A stretch of 64,000 nucleotides of DNA from the human T2T-CHM13v2.0 reference genome, Homo sapiens. The stretch lies in the NCBI RefSeq assembly GCF_009914755.1, contig NC_060934.1; one strand, given 5' to 3'. Both the position numbers and the translations under genes were made by a program. Every line of letters begins with the position of its first letter. The first letter of the stretch is position 1. The notes beneath the pieces are model-generated. The model had not been told where the DNA came from, did no database searches, and was given only the letters and a program-made list of their open reading frames with translations. Below are positions 14,365 through 28,444 of this stretch, in pieces.

Positions 14365-14861
14365 TGTTTTGATCATCAGAATGATGGCCTCCAAAAATGG
14401 CTTTGCCCTTATCCCTGGAACATGTGAATATATTACCCTACATGGGAAAAGGGGCTTTGCATGTGTGATTAAATTAAAACACAGAGAGGAGTAGGTTATG
14501 CAGGATTATTAAGGTAGGGCTAATCTAGTCACAGGGCTCCTTAAAATATGATGGCCATCCCCAGGTGTGGTCAGTGGGAGACATAATTATAGAAGAATGG
14601 TCAGAGAAATACAAAGTTGCTGGCTTTAAAGATGGAGAAAAGTTGCTACAAGCCAAGGAATGTGGATGGCCTCTAAGGCTAAAAATGGCAAGAAAAGGAA
14701 TTTTTCCCCAGAGCTTCCAGAAGGGAACACAGTATTGTGACTCCCCTGATTTTCGTCCAGTGAGACCCAGCCAGACTTTTAAGCTCCAGATAATAAATTT
14801 GTATTGCTTTAGCTAATAAATTTGTGGGAATTTATTACAGCAGCCACAGAAAACTAATGCA
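14365..14861 (+). mobile_element. MLT1D solo LTR
   Basis: atccctggaacatgtgaatat...gctggctttaaagatggag...agccaaggaatg...ttattacagcagccacagaaaactaatgca. Confidence 0.87.
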
Positions 14862-15374
14862 AGTGTGAACATTATTAAAAGTCCAAAACTGTATACAAAC
14901 TCAGGCTCTGCTGGTGGTAAAGATAGATATTCTAAAATGATGTGAAACGAACACTGATTTTTTTAAAAAACATACCAGAATACGACCAAAATGTGGAAGA
15001 GACTCTAAAGGTTATCTAGGGAACTTGCTTCTTTCACTGCTCATTCTTCTTTGATCCAGATGGTATGTTCTGCTCTTATATACTTCATGCGCAGAAATTC
15101 AGCAAATACTCTTAGTCACCAATTCCAGAATATCACAATTTTTATTATGGCAAAATTCATTTTATTTAAATAAGGACAGATTTTATAAAGCACATAATTA
15201 ATTTATTCTTAGTTGGGCTAGCATGAAGAATAACAAAGTTTTCTCTATACGTTAATATGGGAATCTATTCCTGCATTCAGTAAGTTTTGAGCTAATGCCA
15301 TAATTTAGTCCCTTATTCTTGTGTTTTGGTAACACCTGCAATTTATTTGGATATTGGGATTATTTTAATTTTTC

Positions 15375-15990
15375 GATGTTTGGTGATTGCCAAGGTAGTG
15401 CCTCTTTTTTTAAAATAAAAACCCACCCTTTTATACCGTGCTCTGTGATACTGGGCCTGGGACTGTGAAAATTACATTTCTCCTTTGTGGGCTGGCTTGC
15501 TGTTAGGCTCGACCAACAAGGAAAGCCAGATCGAATCTGTAAGACTGGAAATGACAAACAAACTTGCTCCTGTTTGTGTCACCCCAGAAACTGCTCTTCA
15601 TCCTGGCTGTGGTGGCTGGTTTCTGTATCAGTGGCTGATTCCAGTTTGTTGTTCTTCCACAATACAGAACTGGTCCCTTACTGCTGCTTCAGACATATCA
15701 GCATGTCTTGCTTAGAGGTTTGAGGTCCACCTTGATGGGGGTACGTTTCTGAGATTCTGAGACACTAGTCCAGCCTACCAGATCCCCCTCTTCCAGGGCT
15801 GAGTCTCAGCTCTGTGGTGTTCCCTTGTCTTCCATCTTCTTCCATTTGTTCTCCCCACCCTCGGGGTCATAGCTACTTGCTCTATGATCTCCATTTGCTT
15901 TTTCACTTATCTAACATCTGGTCAATTGAATTTGCTTTGTTAAAATTTGGTCAGTTCTTCTTTATTCTTGACTGGAACCTGAATAATATA
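15375..15990 (+). mobile_element. LTR33/LTR41-type ERVL 5' LTR
   Basis: ccacccttttataccgtgctctgtgatactggg...catttctcctttg...gttaggctc; ends gactggaacctgaataata directly before internal sequence. Confidence 0.7.
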
Positions 15991-16889
15991 GAAATGGATA
16001 ATAAGAATAGTTTCATGAACAAACCCTTAAAGATAGGAATTATAGATTGGTTTGTCTATGTCTTTGGGATTCAATGCAGTGTTGTACTCCTTGATAAAGG
16101 TAGGCAGGGCTGGAAGGCTAGTAACCCATAGCATTTAGTGAAATGATAATTAGTTAAATGATCATCCTGGCTGTTTGTGATTCAGTGACCTCGTGTGATT
16201 CAGTGACCTTGTGCCATAATGGCACAAAGGATGATAACAAGGATTTTGGTGTGGAATAACTGCTTCTGTGTGTTGCGGAGTGCTTAAAGAAAGAAATCAC
16301 AAGCACAGGCCATAGTTAAGGAACCAAAAGACTTTTGTGGTTGCCCCCCAAAAGAATGTCTTATTCTTGTAGCCACAGGGTTAAATTAAATAATCCAGAC
16401 ACAGAGATTAATTGTGAAAGTCACAAAATTTCAGTTTACATTGGATTTGCAGCTTTGCCAAGTATCTCATGTGAAAGGGCATTTATTGAAAAGTACTGGG
16501 GCTATAAAATTAAGCTTGGGAGTATTGATTGGACTGAGATAAGGCTGAAAATCTTGAATTTTCCATTTATTTTGAACCCTTTTCTTCTAATAGAAACAAC
16601 CTATTTTCTTGTGTCTGAAGAGTTTATATCTCTTTCTTGAAGACATTATAATAACTGCCTGGAGAAGAGGGTGTCTTACAGGAGAATGCCTATTCTTCTA
16701 ATTCCCACCATATAAACACCCTTATTGCCACTAGGGTCATAAATTAGAATTCTAGAGTCACATCTTAGAATCCTTTAGGAGAACAAGCACAAATTATAAT
16801 CCAGAAGAAAATAGCTAATATTCTAAACAGTTTCCAAGATTTTGTTAATTTAAACCAGCAGAAACCTGGGAAATATATATGAGAATGGA

Positions 16890-17187
<298 letters not shown>

Positions 17188-17245
17188 GGGAATGGATTTT
17201 AACAGTGTCTTTGGTAGCCCCTTAAAGATAAAGCAAGGTAGAATA

Positions 17246-17618
17246 TACAGTAGAATGAATATTTCTGTCCCCCTCCCAAAAATTCATAAAGTCATATGTT
17301 GAAAAGCCTAAGTCCTAGGAAATGGGTTTTGGAGATATGGGATTGGGGAGTTAATGAGGTCATGAGGCTAGAGCCCTTATGATTGGATTAGTGCCCTTAT
17401 GAGAGGAGACATAATAGAGCACTAGCTCTCCTTCTCTCTCTAGACCCTGTGAAGCTACAGTGAGAAGGTGGCTGTCTACAAGGCAGGAAGCAGGCCCTCC
17501 CTCACCAGACATCTGATCTTGGACTTCCCAGCCTCCAGAACTATAAGAAATAAATGGAACTTTTTAAAGCTACCTAGTCCATGTGTTTTCATTATAGTAG
17601 CCCAAACTGACTAAGACA
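17246..17618 (+). mobile_element. MLT1A0-like solo LTR
   Basis: gattagtgcccttat...gatcttggacttcccagcctccagaact...gcccaaactgactaagaca; perfect 5 bp TSD gaata. Confidence 0.88.
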
Positions 17619-18555
17619 GAATATAATCCTTGATTAGTCCAAGTATTTTGATGCATGCACATTTATCACAAATACTAGACTTAACTTTCACTACTCTAGA
17701 AGAGCTGACAAGTTTCGTTGGTTGATTAAAACTAGAATTTAATGGTTTCCCTCGTTTAATGTGATTGAGATGCCCAACTTCCCTGAAATAACATAAAGGA
17801 AAGAATTCAAAGTTTCAGGAAGATGGAAATGTGGAATATAATTAGTATTTGAGGCTTGGATATTCATCATCCCCCCACGACATCCCTTAAGAGTGCCCAG
17901 AAGACAATTGGTTTACTAAGGCATTGAGATATACATTAGTAATAAGAGTACTAGTGTCCTTGATAAGCTCTGTGATCACTTTCCTATCTAGGCTGCAAAG
18001 AGAAAGAACTCCCTGATGTCAAAGGAGATGATAGGATCCCAGAAGAACAAAAGACAATTGGCAGCACATAACTACCTTGGACGAGGTGGGAATATTTACC
18101 ATAATGAGCTGCAAAGATGTGGTGGAAATCAGAGTATTTGGACCTATAGGGAAATTTTGAGGATTGCTAATTGATGAAAATGCTCTAGGAATAAATGGTT
18201 GGCCTAGTAGATATTACTTGCGCAATGTAAAACAAGCAAGCAAGCTAGCAAACAAACAAACAAAACTTCTAATTCTGGTGGGTTAATTGCTATCATTGAG
18301 AATCATGGACACTCACCTAGTTTTTCTACCACAGTTAGTTCACAGATCTGCAGCCACTTGTTTAATGGAGGAATCTCTTCTCCCTAAGGATGGGACCTAC
18401 CGTGTAGCCACAAGTATATACGTAAATATTCCTCCACCTTCCCAAAGGGTATGAGTGCTTTAACAAAGGAAATAGAAATATTTCCTTTGTCAAATATTCC
18501 TCTATATAGAAATACAGAGCATTTATCATGCTCAATAGATATTATATTTGATCTG

Positions 18556-18939
18556 TGTATTGATGCATTCTCCCACTACCATAAAGAAATACCTGAAACT
18601 GGGTAATTTATAAAGAAAAGAGGTTTAATTGGTTCATGAATCCACAGGCTCTAATTGAAGCGTGGTAGGGAAGGCCTCAGGAAACTTACAATCATGGCAG
18701 AAGGTGAAGGGGAAGCAGATACCTCTTACCTGGCAGGAAAAGGAGGAAAGGGTCAGAGGGAGGTGCTACACGCTTTTAAATAACAACCAGATCTTGTGAG
18801 AACTCACTTGCTGTCATGAGAACAGCAAGGGGGAAATATGCCCCCATGATCCAATCACCTCCCTCAAGGCCCCTCCTCCGACATTGGGGATTATAATTTG
18901 ACATGAGATTTGGGTGGGACACAGACACAAACAATTTCA
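18556..18939 (-). mobile_element. MSTA-like solo LTR
   Basis: aaagaaatacctgaaactgggtaatttataaagaaaagagg...ggcctcaggaaacttacaatcatggcagaagg...gagatttgggtgggacacag; TSD atctg/aactg. Confidence 0.88.
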
Positions 18940-20019
18940 AACTGACAATAATTCCTAGGAATCCATAATATGACAGTGGTCTTCAAGTTAATTAGAGGCC
19001 AATGGAGTTTAGGCAATAGATGGAGTTTTGGTATGTGTTTGAATTACAGTAGATTCAGTAGTTTCATCCATACCCTGTGTATATTGGTATATTTCCTCAG
19101 TTGTCTAATGAGGAATTCTAACAGACAGACTTTTAAAATGTCAGAAGGCACACATTGTCTCTCTGACCCATAGATTGACTGCTATTGTGAAAGGAAAAGC
19201 CAAGTGGAAGCCCCTGGAATTTCTCTTCTCCTACCATAATAACAAAGGAAAAACCACACCATATCCTTATAGGATTGCAAAGGTTAGTGCTACCACCAAA
19301 ACCTTGAAATATTTGTAAGTGCTGATACCTATTGTACCTCATTTAGTATTCCTATTTAGCCTATGATAAAGGGAGATGGAACTTTAAGAACAAATGTGAG
19401 TATCATACACATAATTAGGTCGCAACTATAATGGTAGCTGCTGCTGCAGATATGGCAAGGTGACTCGAGAAGAAAATCAGTACAGCCGCTGGCAACTATA
19501 ACACGTCTTCAGCTAGAACATGCTTTTATTCTCTATCTCACTTTGCAAGATCTATCCATCAGAGGTAGTTCAATTTTACCCCATGATTCATCCTCACAAA
19601 CTTGCTTCCTGGCAACATCAAATCTTTTGCTGTCACTCATAGGCTGCAGAAATCTTGAATGCCTTAAGAATGGCCACTATGCTGAGGGTATTGTGCCGAT
19701 CAGATCAGATGAGCAGAAAATATCAATTACTTCAGTTGCTTTAGTAAGACACCTGCCAGCCAGATTGTGGGAGATGAACTTTATGAAATTTCAGTGACAC
19801 ACCACCTTTGGGCAATTTCTTAATGTCTGATGGTCTGAAGTTTGTTGAGATATCCCCTTCAAGGTGCAAGACAAGTTGCTTCATCATGCACTGTTACTAT
19901 TAAACGGGAGGCACATTTAATAGTAACTGGTGGGGCTGTTTAAATCTTGCAGGCAGTTTAGATACATTTTAGTGTACTATTCTAACTCTTTTTACTGAGA
20001 AATCCATTGGGATAGAGAG

Positions 20020-20491
20020 ACATCAGCTGTCCAGTACTCTCCCCTCCACGGTTTGAGTTTCAGCTCCACAAAACTTGACCTTCAAGCTCCTTAGCTACTG
20101 CTCTAGGAATAGTTCCTTATCAGCGGTCCCAGTCCTGGCTCTGAAGTGGTCCCAGTCCTGGTCCCAGTCCAGGCTCTTCACCTGGCTCTGAAGGAGCTCC
20201 TCTAAGTTTTTGGGGTACCAGTACCAGACAAACAACAGACCCTTCTCAAAGACCTGAGTGCCCAGCTTTCTGTAGCTACTTCTAGCCTGTACACTTAATA
20301 AGCCCAACTCCTTCCCTTCGTCCACCCAGTTTCAGGGGTAGTAACTGTTTCCTCTGCCGCTGTGATACCTCCAATTCCTATTTTTCTGTTTTTTCAGTTC
20401 TCTCATACCAGGTAACAATACATTCTATTGAATTCTTGCCATTAAAATAGAAGGTTTTGTGTCCACCTTCTGGCTGGAAACTGACTGATAC
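20020..20491 (+). mobile_element. LTR41/33-type ERVL 3' LTR (5' part missing)
   Basis: Resembles the second half of 15375-15990; ends ctggctggaaactgactgatac. Confidence 0.62.
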
Positions 20492-22364
20492 TTAAATGGA
20501 AATATGTTTGTGAAATTGACTTTGCTAATGTTTCCTGACCATCTAGTACTGAGAAATTGAAGGAGGAAAATGTTTCCAAAGAACAAAGTGGGATGATTTT
20601 CTATTCAGAGAATTAAAATAAACAAACAACTAATAGTGATACTACATGTACAAAAGTCTCTCACTTAACATCTTAGATTATGTAACTACAATTTTCATAG
20701 ACAAACAATGGCTTAGCTAATTTACATTTTTATTTGGTTCTATGTTTTGCTCTAAAGTTCCCTTAAACCATTCCTAAATTTAGAAATATAAACATTTATT
20801 CTCCAGAATTTTGACACAGCTGGGTCTCCTTTCTCCCTTGCATCTGTGACTTCAAATTCTTTTAACAAATAAACAATAATATTTTCATCATCTGAATTGT
20901 CCTCTTGTAGCTTCCAGGCTAGAAAAATAAAATGTGATAGTGAATGCATTTGGTTTTATGGTTTAGACTATCTCTCAGAAGGTCTTACGTTTTATTCAAT
21001 CTTAGGATGTTTCAGATTTTGGGGGTTGATGATGGTGATTGGTAGTTGGTCAAAAAATTTTAATTAGATCCAGAGGGGATTTTGGCATGTCTTTGTGGTA
21101 TAATGTTAGAATTATTGTTTGTTTAGTGCTCTCGATACTGCGATTTATAAAATATGAGGATATACTTGGTTTCCTAGTTTTCAGCTTCCCTAGTTTTTCC
21201 CATGGTTCTCTTGCCTGCTTCTCATGGGAAGGAGATGCTGCCATCCACTGAAAGATGTGAAGTCAGCAGAGACTTAGCATTTCCCAAGACCTTCTTGCAG
21301 ACTTGAGCCCCCATGCGGAGGAGACTTCTCTACTTCTAGCACCAAAAGTTCTGGCAATAATTTTGGGAAGGCACCCAGAGAATGCAGGGGATATAATTAT
21401 CACACTGGGGACCACCTGCTTCATGGAGTTACCATTTTAAAGAGAAAGGTGTGTAATGAGACACAAAATTTCCTTAAAAAAAGTGGGGAGGGTGTTGCTC
21501 AGAAAACGCTACTCTTTCCAGATTTGCTTTTAAAGGAAAAAGGAAAATGATTTCATAAAAAATGAAAACATCACTTTCAAAAAAGAAAAAGGGAAGTGTT
21601 ACAGAGCAATCTCAATGGGGACAAAATCTAAGTAGTCTAGGAGAATCATTTTATGTACTTTTCACACATCATTTATTTTTAATTCAATTTATTGGAAGTG
21701 TGTCAGTGTCTGAGAAGCTTCGACTACTTTAGCACAATGAAGGGTGAAAGGAGCTGAATTCGAAGGTGGATTGGAGTTACTTAAACTATTGGGAACGCGT
21801 GCTTTCTCTTACATAAGACAGAATACACAGTGACCAATGGCAAGAAATGTTCTCCACAGCACTTAGGATAACAGGATTTGGTGGTTCAATGTTTAAATGT
21901 TAAAGTCAGACAGACAAAGTTCAAAATTTTAGCACAAATTCTCCAAAAGTGGTTCCCATTCAACATTTTTCAAGTTCATAGTTTGTTAAGATGACTGTCA
22001 AGACTTTGGTAACAAGATGTTAGCATAAGACCTATCTTGATCTAACACTAGGCAACCACTCTTACATAAAAGCCTGTGTTTACTGCACTATAATAACATG
22101 CTCCACACTAAAAAGAATGGTGAACTCAACTTTCTGCTTCTGGGATCCAAAAGAAAAAAAATTCCCTTGTTATAACTCTAGTTTATTTATCTGGAAAGTG
22201 GAGATTATAATATTGCCTTTACTATAAAATTATGTGTGAATTAATAGTGATCATTCTCTTAATTCATGATGTACTAAGTGTGTCATGCCTGGTTTAGAGT
22301 AAAGGTTCAATAAACATTAGCTGTCACTGTTATTATTTTAAGAGAAAACATGTACCTAAACCTT

Positions 22365-22647
<283 letters not shown>

Positions 22648-22689
22648 CTAATCAAAATAGGAAATAAGAATGCCAGACTGGGATAGGAG

Positions 22690-23045
22690 CATAGGCAAAT
22701 TTTGCTGGGGAGGTGAAAATATAGGCATTTTTAAAAATTCTTCAATTTCACACCTAAAGTTTTTGAATTTCACTGTATGAATGTTTTACCAGAAACGGGG
22801 GTGGGGTAAGAACCATAAACATTGAACTCTAGTTAGTATGTTTGTTTTTGTCAATGGCGTGTTTGCTGTTGTGAGGCTACCTTCATGTATTGTAGGACTG
22901 AGGAAGTGAATATGGAAAGTAAGAGGAGCCACAGTTCTCATTGTTGGAAAAGGGAGTTACAAATATAAAATGGGAGAATACCACAATATACTGTATTGTG
23001 TTGAATTAGAATTGAAAATATCAATATAAATATACTGACACTTCC
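22690..23045 (+). mobile_element. L1MC3-like 3' UTR fragment
   Basis: ttgaactctagttagtatgtttgttttt...gttctcattgttggaaaagggagttacaaata. Confidence 0.6.
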
Positions 23046-23062
23046 AATTATACACACACATA

Positions 23063-23624
23063 CTGTAGTCCCCCTCTTACTCGCAGTTTGGCTTTCTGAG
23101 GTTTCAGTTACCTGTTGTCAATCACAGTCCAAAAATATTAAATGAAAAATTTTAGAAATAAACAATTCATAAGTTTTAAATTGCATGCCATTCTAAGCAG
23201 TCTGATGAAGTTTCATGACAGTCACTCCATCCTGCCCAGGACTTGAGTCATCCATTTATCCAGTGTATCCACGCTGTCTACACTATTTGCCCAGTAGTCA
23301 CTTAGTCACTTAGTTGCCATCTTGGTTATCGAATCATGGTCATAGAATCACAGTTCTTGTTTTCAAAGAAACCTTATTTTACTTAATAATAGCCCCAAAG
23401 CACAAGAATAATGATGCTGGCATAGTGTTATAATTATTCTATTTTATTTTAGTTATTGCTGTTAATCTCTTACTATGCCTAATGTATAAATTTAACATTA
23501 TCATAGGTATGTATGAATAGGAAAAAACATAGTACATAGTACCTACAGCTTAGTACTATTCACTATTTCAGGTATCCAGTGAGGGTCTTGGAGTGTATAT
23601 CCCATGAATAAGGGGGGATTACTG
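23063..23624 (+). mobile_element. MER44B (Tigger7-derived MITE)
   Basis: TIRs ctgtagtccccctctta / ataaggggggattactg, TA on the left; ggtttcagttacc...gtccaaaaatatt. Confidence 0.85.
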
Positions 23625-23644
23625 CACGCGCACACACACACACG

Positions 23645-24154
23645 GATATCCAGTGGAGTCTGCCCCAGCATGAGCCCAGAATGCCAGTCGTGATCCTTCT
23701 GCAACTTTCCTGCCTCAGCCTTTTAATAACCATTCTGCAGCTCTCTAGAAATAGAAGCAAAACCACCTGTGAAGTTGCCTGCTAGCAGCCTACCTGTGAC
23801 CTGGGTGGTCCCACAGATCTGCAAGCCCCCATGGCCTGCATGCTCTGATGACCTCCTACCTCTGTCAGCTCTCTACAGAATGGTGTCTATTGCTTGCCCA
23901 CCTACTCCAAACCAGCTCTAGCTTGGCCAAACCAGCAAACTTTTCTGCTGTCTGGTGGGCTGAACCACAGAAGGGGCCTGAACTCCTTTTGATTTTGTGC
24001 TTCCTTGGCTACCCTCCCTCAGCCCTAAGATACCATAGAATGTTTCTTTATATCTTATAATTGCTCTTTCATTGCAGTTAATAATGCTTTATGTTAAGCT
24101 TCTCCTATTTAATCCCCTGGTGCCTCTGTCTCTTGGTTAAACTCACACTGCTAC
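23645..24154 (+). mobile_element. ERVL-type solo LTR (LTR52/33-like)
   Basis: ccctccctcagccctaag...ttaataatgctttatgttaagctt...ctgtctcttggttaaactcacactgctaca end. Confidence 0.5.
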
Positions 24155-24560
24155 ATGACCACATAACTAACATAATCATTATTAGAACTAATTTGCATTT
24201 TGTGTTCTTTGATATGCTGTGCTAAGACAGACAAAGAATGTCTTCCACCATATTTCTGTGAAAGCTATATAGCCTGAACTTTATCACCAGAAAACACTGG
24301 ACAACCAAGTTGAGGAGCAAACTAAAAAATGATTGATTTGTACTGTTTAAAAATGTCAAAGTCAAGGAAGAATTAGAAAGATTAAGAAATTTTATGGATT
24401 AAAGAAAACTAAAGAAACTCAACTGGCATCTATACACAATTCTTAATCCTTCATTAGATCTTGTACCTGGTGAAAATATTTATAAAAGATGATATTGGGC
24501 CATTTGACATAATTTGAATATCATCTTTTGAATTAGATAAGAATATTGTATGACGTTACG

Positions 24561-25315
24561 CTGATCATTAGAGAAATGCAAAATCAAAACCATGATGAGA
24601 TATCATCTCACGCCAGTCAGAATGGCAATTATTAAGAAGTCAAGAAATAACAGATGCTGGCAAGGTTGCAGAGGAAAAGGAATGCTTTTAAACTGTTGGG
24701 GGGAATGTAAATTAGTTCAACAATTATAGAAGACAGTGTGGTGATTCCTCAAAGGTTTGGAATCAGAAATAACATTTGACCCAGCAATCCTATTACTGGG
24801 TATATATGCAAAGGAATATAAATCATCCTATAATAAAGACACATATACACGTATGTTCTTTGAAGCACTGTTTACAATAGAAATGACATGGATTAACCGA
24901 AATGCCCATCAATGAGAGACTAGATAAAGAAAATATGGTACATAAACACCATGGAATATTATGCAGCAATAAAAAGAAACAAGATCATATCCTTTGCAGG
25001 GATGTGGATGAAACTGACAGCCATTATCCTCAGCAAACTAACACAGGAACAGAAAACCAAACACTACATGTTCTCACTTATATGTGGGAGCTGAACAATC
25101 AGAACACAGGGACATAGGGAGGAGAACAACACACACAGGCCTGTCGGAGGAGGGTAGGGGGTGGCGGGGAAGGGCATTAGGAAAAAGAGCTGACGTATGC
25201 CGGGCTTAATATCTAGGTGATGGGTTGATAGGTGCAGTAAACCACCATGAAAGATATTTACCTATGTATCAAACTTGCATATTCTTCATGTGTACCCCGA
25301 AACTTGAAAAATTTT
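24561..25315 (+). mobile_element. L1PA10-13-like 3' end (750 bp) nested in an L1MC4-like 3' UTR (24160-25620)
   Basis: gagatatcatctcacgccagtcagaatggc...ctaggtgatgggttgataggtgcagtaaaccaccatg; degenerate TSD aatattgtatgacgtta / aatatttatcatgtta. Confidence 0.85.
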
Positions 25316-26061
25316 TAAAAATATTTATCATGTTAGATTTCCTGATTTTGAAAATTATACCGTGATAATGTAAGAGAATGTCCTTCTTCTTGGGAAATAT
25401 ATATTGCATAATTTTGGATAAAGGGGCATAATATTTCCAATTTGCCCTCAAGTAGTTCTGGAGAAATATGTGTGTGCATACCCACATGCACACAGATAGA
25501 ACAAATTTGTCAATATGTTAAAAACTGGATAATTTAGATTAAATGTATATAAATATTTCTTGCATTATTCTTTCAAGCATCCTAAGTTAGAAATTACATC
25601 AAAATTTCTAATATTTTAAAAAAGATATGTGAGTCCAGAGTCTGGCATGATGTAAGTCTCAAACCACTTAACCTCCCACTGCCTCTGCTGGAGGGTGTCT
25701 CTGCATTCTGCCTCCAAAGGGAGTAATATCTTCACTAGACACTAGACTTGGCCCTACTCCTGCTTTTTAAAATCCCCTATGCCTTTCTCTCTTTGCTACC
25801 TGGAATAACATTCTCCCTTCCCTCTGATGGCCTAAATCCTTATTTCCAAAGCCAAACTCTGGCTAATATTACTGACATTAGTTAAAGAGGTCTCCCTAAA
25901 TTTTTAGTTTAGATCACACTGGTTTCTCTTCCCTAAAAATGCATTATGCTTTCTACTTCATGTCATCAAATAATAGCTCTAAAATATTTTGGAAGTGCTT
26001 TTATCTCCTTTCTTTTGGAAGGGCTAATGCTTCACTACATAATGTAGTGGAGTTTGCTGGT

Positions 26062-26590
<529 letters not shown>

Positions 26591-28444
26591 ATTTTTTTAA
26601 AAGAGCCATTACAAGGCCTAATGCAGGGAAAAGATATTTATTACACCCTTGTTAACAGGTTGATTGACTTATATAGTCTTTATTTTCCTCCATATTGTGA
26701 AATTTTTAAGTCCATATCACAACCCCTTTATATTAGTTCTTCATAGCAACTATTATTCTAGACATAAAGATTTTCTTATGAAAGTAATAAAACAAGCCAA
26801 CCATCAACCAATCAACTAATAAGAGCAAGCCCCCCTCCTCGTACGGTTACTGTAAGAAGTGTTACAGTGTTACTGTAAGAACAAAACACTAACTGCTAAA
26901 AAACAAAAAAAGAAGAAGAAATGAATAGAGAAATCCATTATACACAGTAATTGACGCTCATTGTTATTTTTGGCTCTTTTCACACATTTTAACGCTTGGG
27001 ATTGAAATCATTTCAGCTAAAAAGCTTCTCTGAGTTGAGAAGCTTGGATTGATATTGACTGCTTGCTTGGCAGCAAGGAGACCTGACCCAGCTTTAAAAC
27101 GAGGGAGCTTATTTTCCCACCGAGTCAAGGTAATGTGGGAGGACACTGCCTCGAGTTTAGGGATCTCAGGGACTCTCCTGAAATTTGTGAAAATTAAATC
27201 AATATATGGAACATTTATAACATGCTGCACTAAATTCTTCTGGGCCCAAATCTCTGTCTTTAAGTCCCTTAACCGTATAATATGTGTGGATTACTGTTAT
27301 AGAGGGCAACATGACCTAATTAATAAGAAGCAAAAGGATTTGCAGATTCACAGGAAACAACCGTCAGAGCCACCTGAGGAATAGTGCTCAGCAAAAACTC
27401 GACAGATGTGCTGTTGTAGGAAGCATGACCTTGAAGTTTGGGTGGGATTTCAACTCTGAAGAAAAGGGTGAGGAAATACTAATGAGTTGTGTTTGGATTC
27501 ACGAATACGTTAGAACTGGCAAACAATGAGACACCATCCTCAGGCGGTAGTCTGTTCAGTTTAATTAGAAAGACAGAAATTAATAGTAGTAGACTCAAAT
27601 ATTTAATTAGAATGCCTTTGGTACAGAGAGAGTACTCCTAACTAAATTATAATACAAACATTCATCTCATAAACCATGAAAAAGTGATTAAAATCACCAG
27701 TAGGTAAAAGCCTTATTTATCAACCTATATAACATAACAGACAGTTCTGTAGCATGAGCTAGGAGTTTAGAACTCCACTGAGTCACCATTGGTATTGATT
27801 CCCCAGATGGTAAGCGAATGGGCCATTCTTTCTTTACAAAATAATGCCTTTGGCTTATGCTCAATAAATCATATACTCTGAGATTCATTCCGCAGGGGTG
27901 GTAGCACTCAGCCAGCTGGTCCTCTTGTGACAATGACCCATATTCACATAATGGTCATCGTAGTAGGAAGTCTGGAGCACAACAACAACGTGAAACTGGC
28001 CAGCCCATGAGGTCATGGGGCTGCCCACCAGATGGCCTCTGAGCTCCAGTCTCCAGCTGAAGCTGAATGAAGTAATTAATGACCACTGACATGAGCATCA
28101 CACTTTCAAATCTCTGGCAACATAATGATGACCTTTTTCTCCATTATCTTTTTCATTGTTATTTTCTCTGAAAAGATAATACCTCTGAAGGCCAAAAGGC
28201 CAGAACAAGAGGTCAGGTTGGCAAGGATAAACATGGAATTGATTAGAAATGGGCTCTTCCTTTAGGATTGGAAATGACAATTTAGCATGATGGTTGGCAC
28301 ACATTAAGAGATAAGTAAATGAGCCCGTATTAAAATTATTATAGTCATTTGCTTAATATTTCCCTCTTCTGACTATACAGTTCTACTGCCTTTCTTGTTT
28401 TGTACCATGGTCTTCACAAATTTCCATATTGGTTTTGAAACCCA

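Noticed and set aside
27022-27045. 9 bp perfect inverted repeat aagcttctc/gagaagctt
   Set aside because: A few inverted repeats of this length are expected by chance in 64 kb
27801-27895. cag|ATG|gtaagc as a 3 nt micro-exon or donor, with an 86 nt intron ending tccgcag
   Set aside because: Weak polypyrimidine tracts and no coding continuation; expected by chance without transcript data
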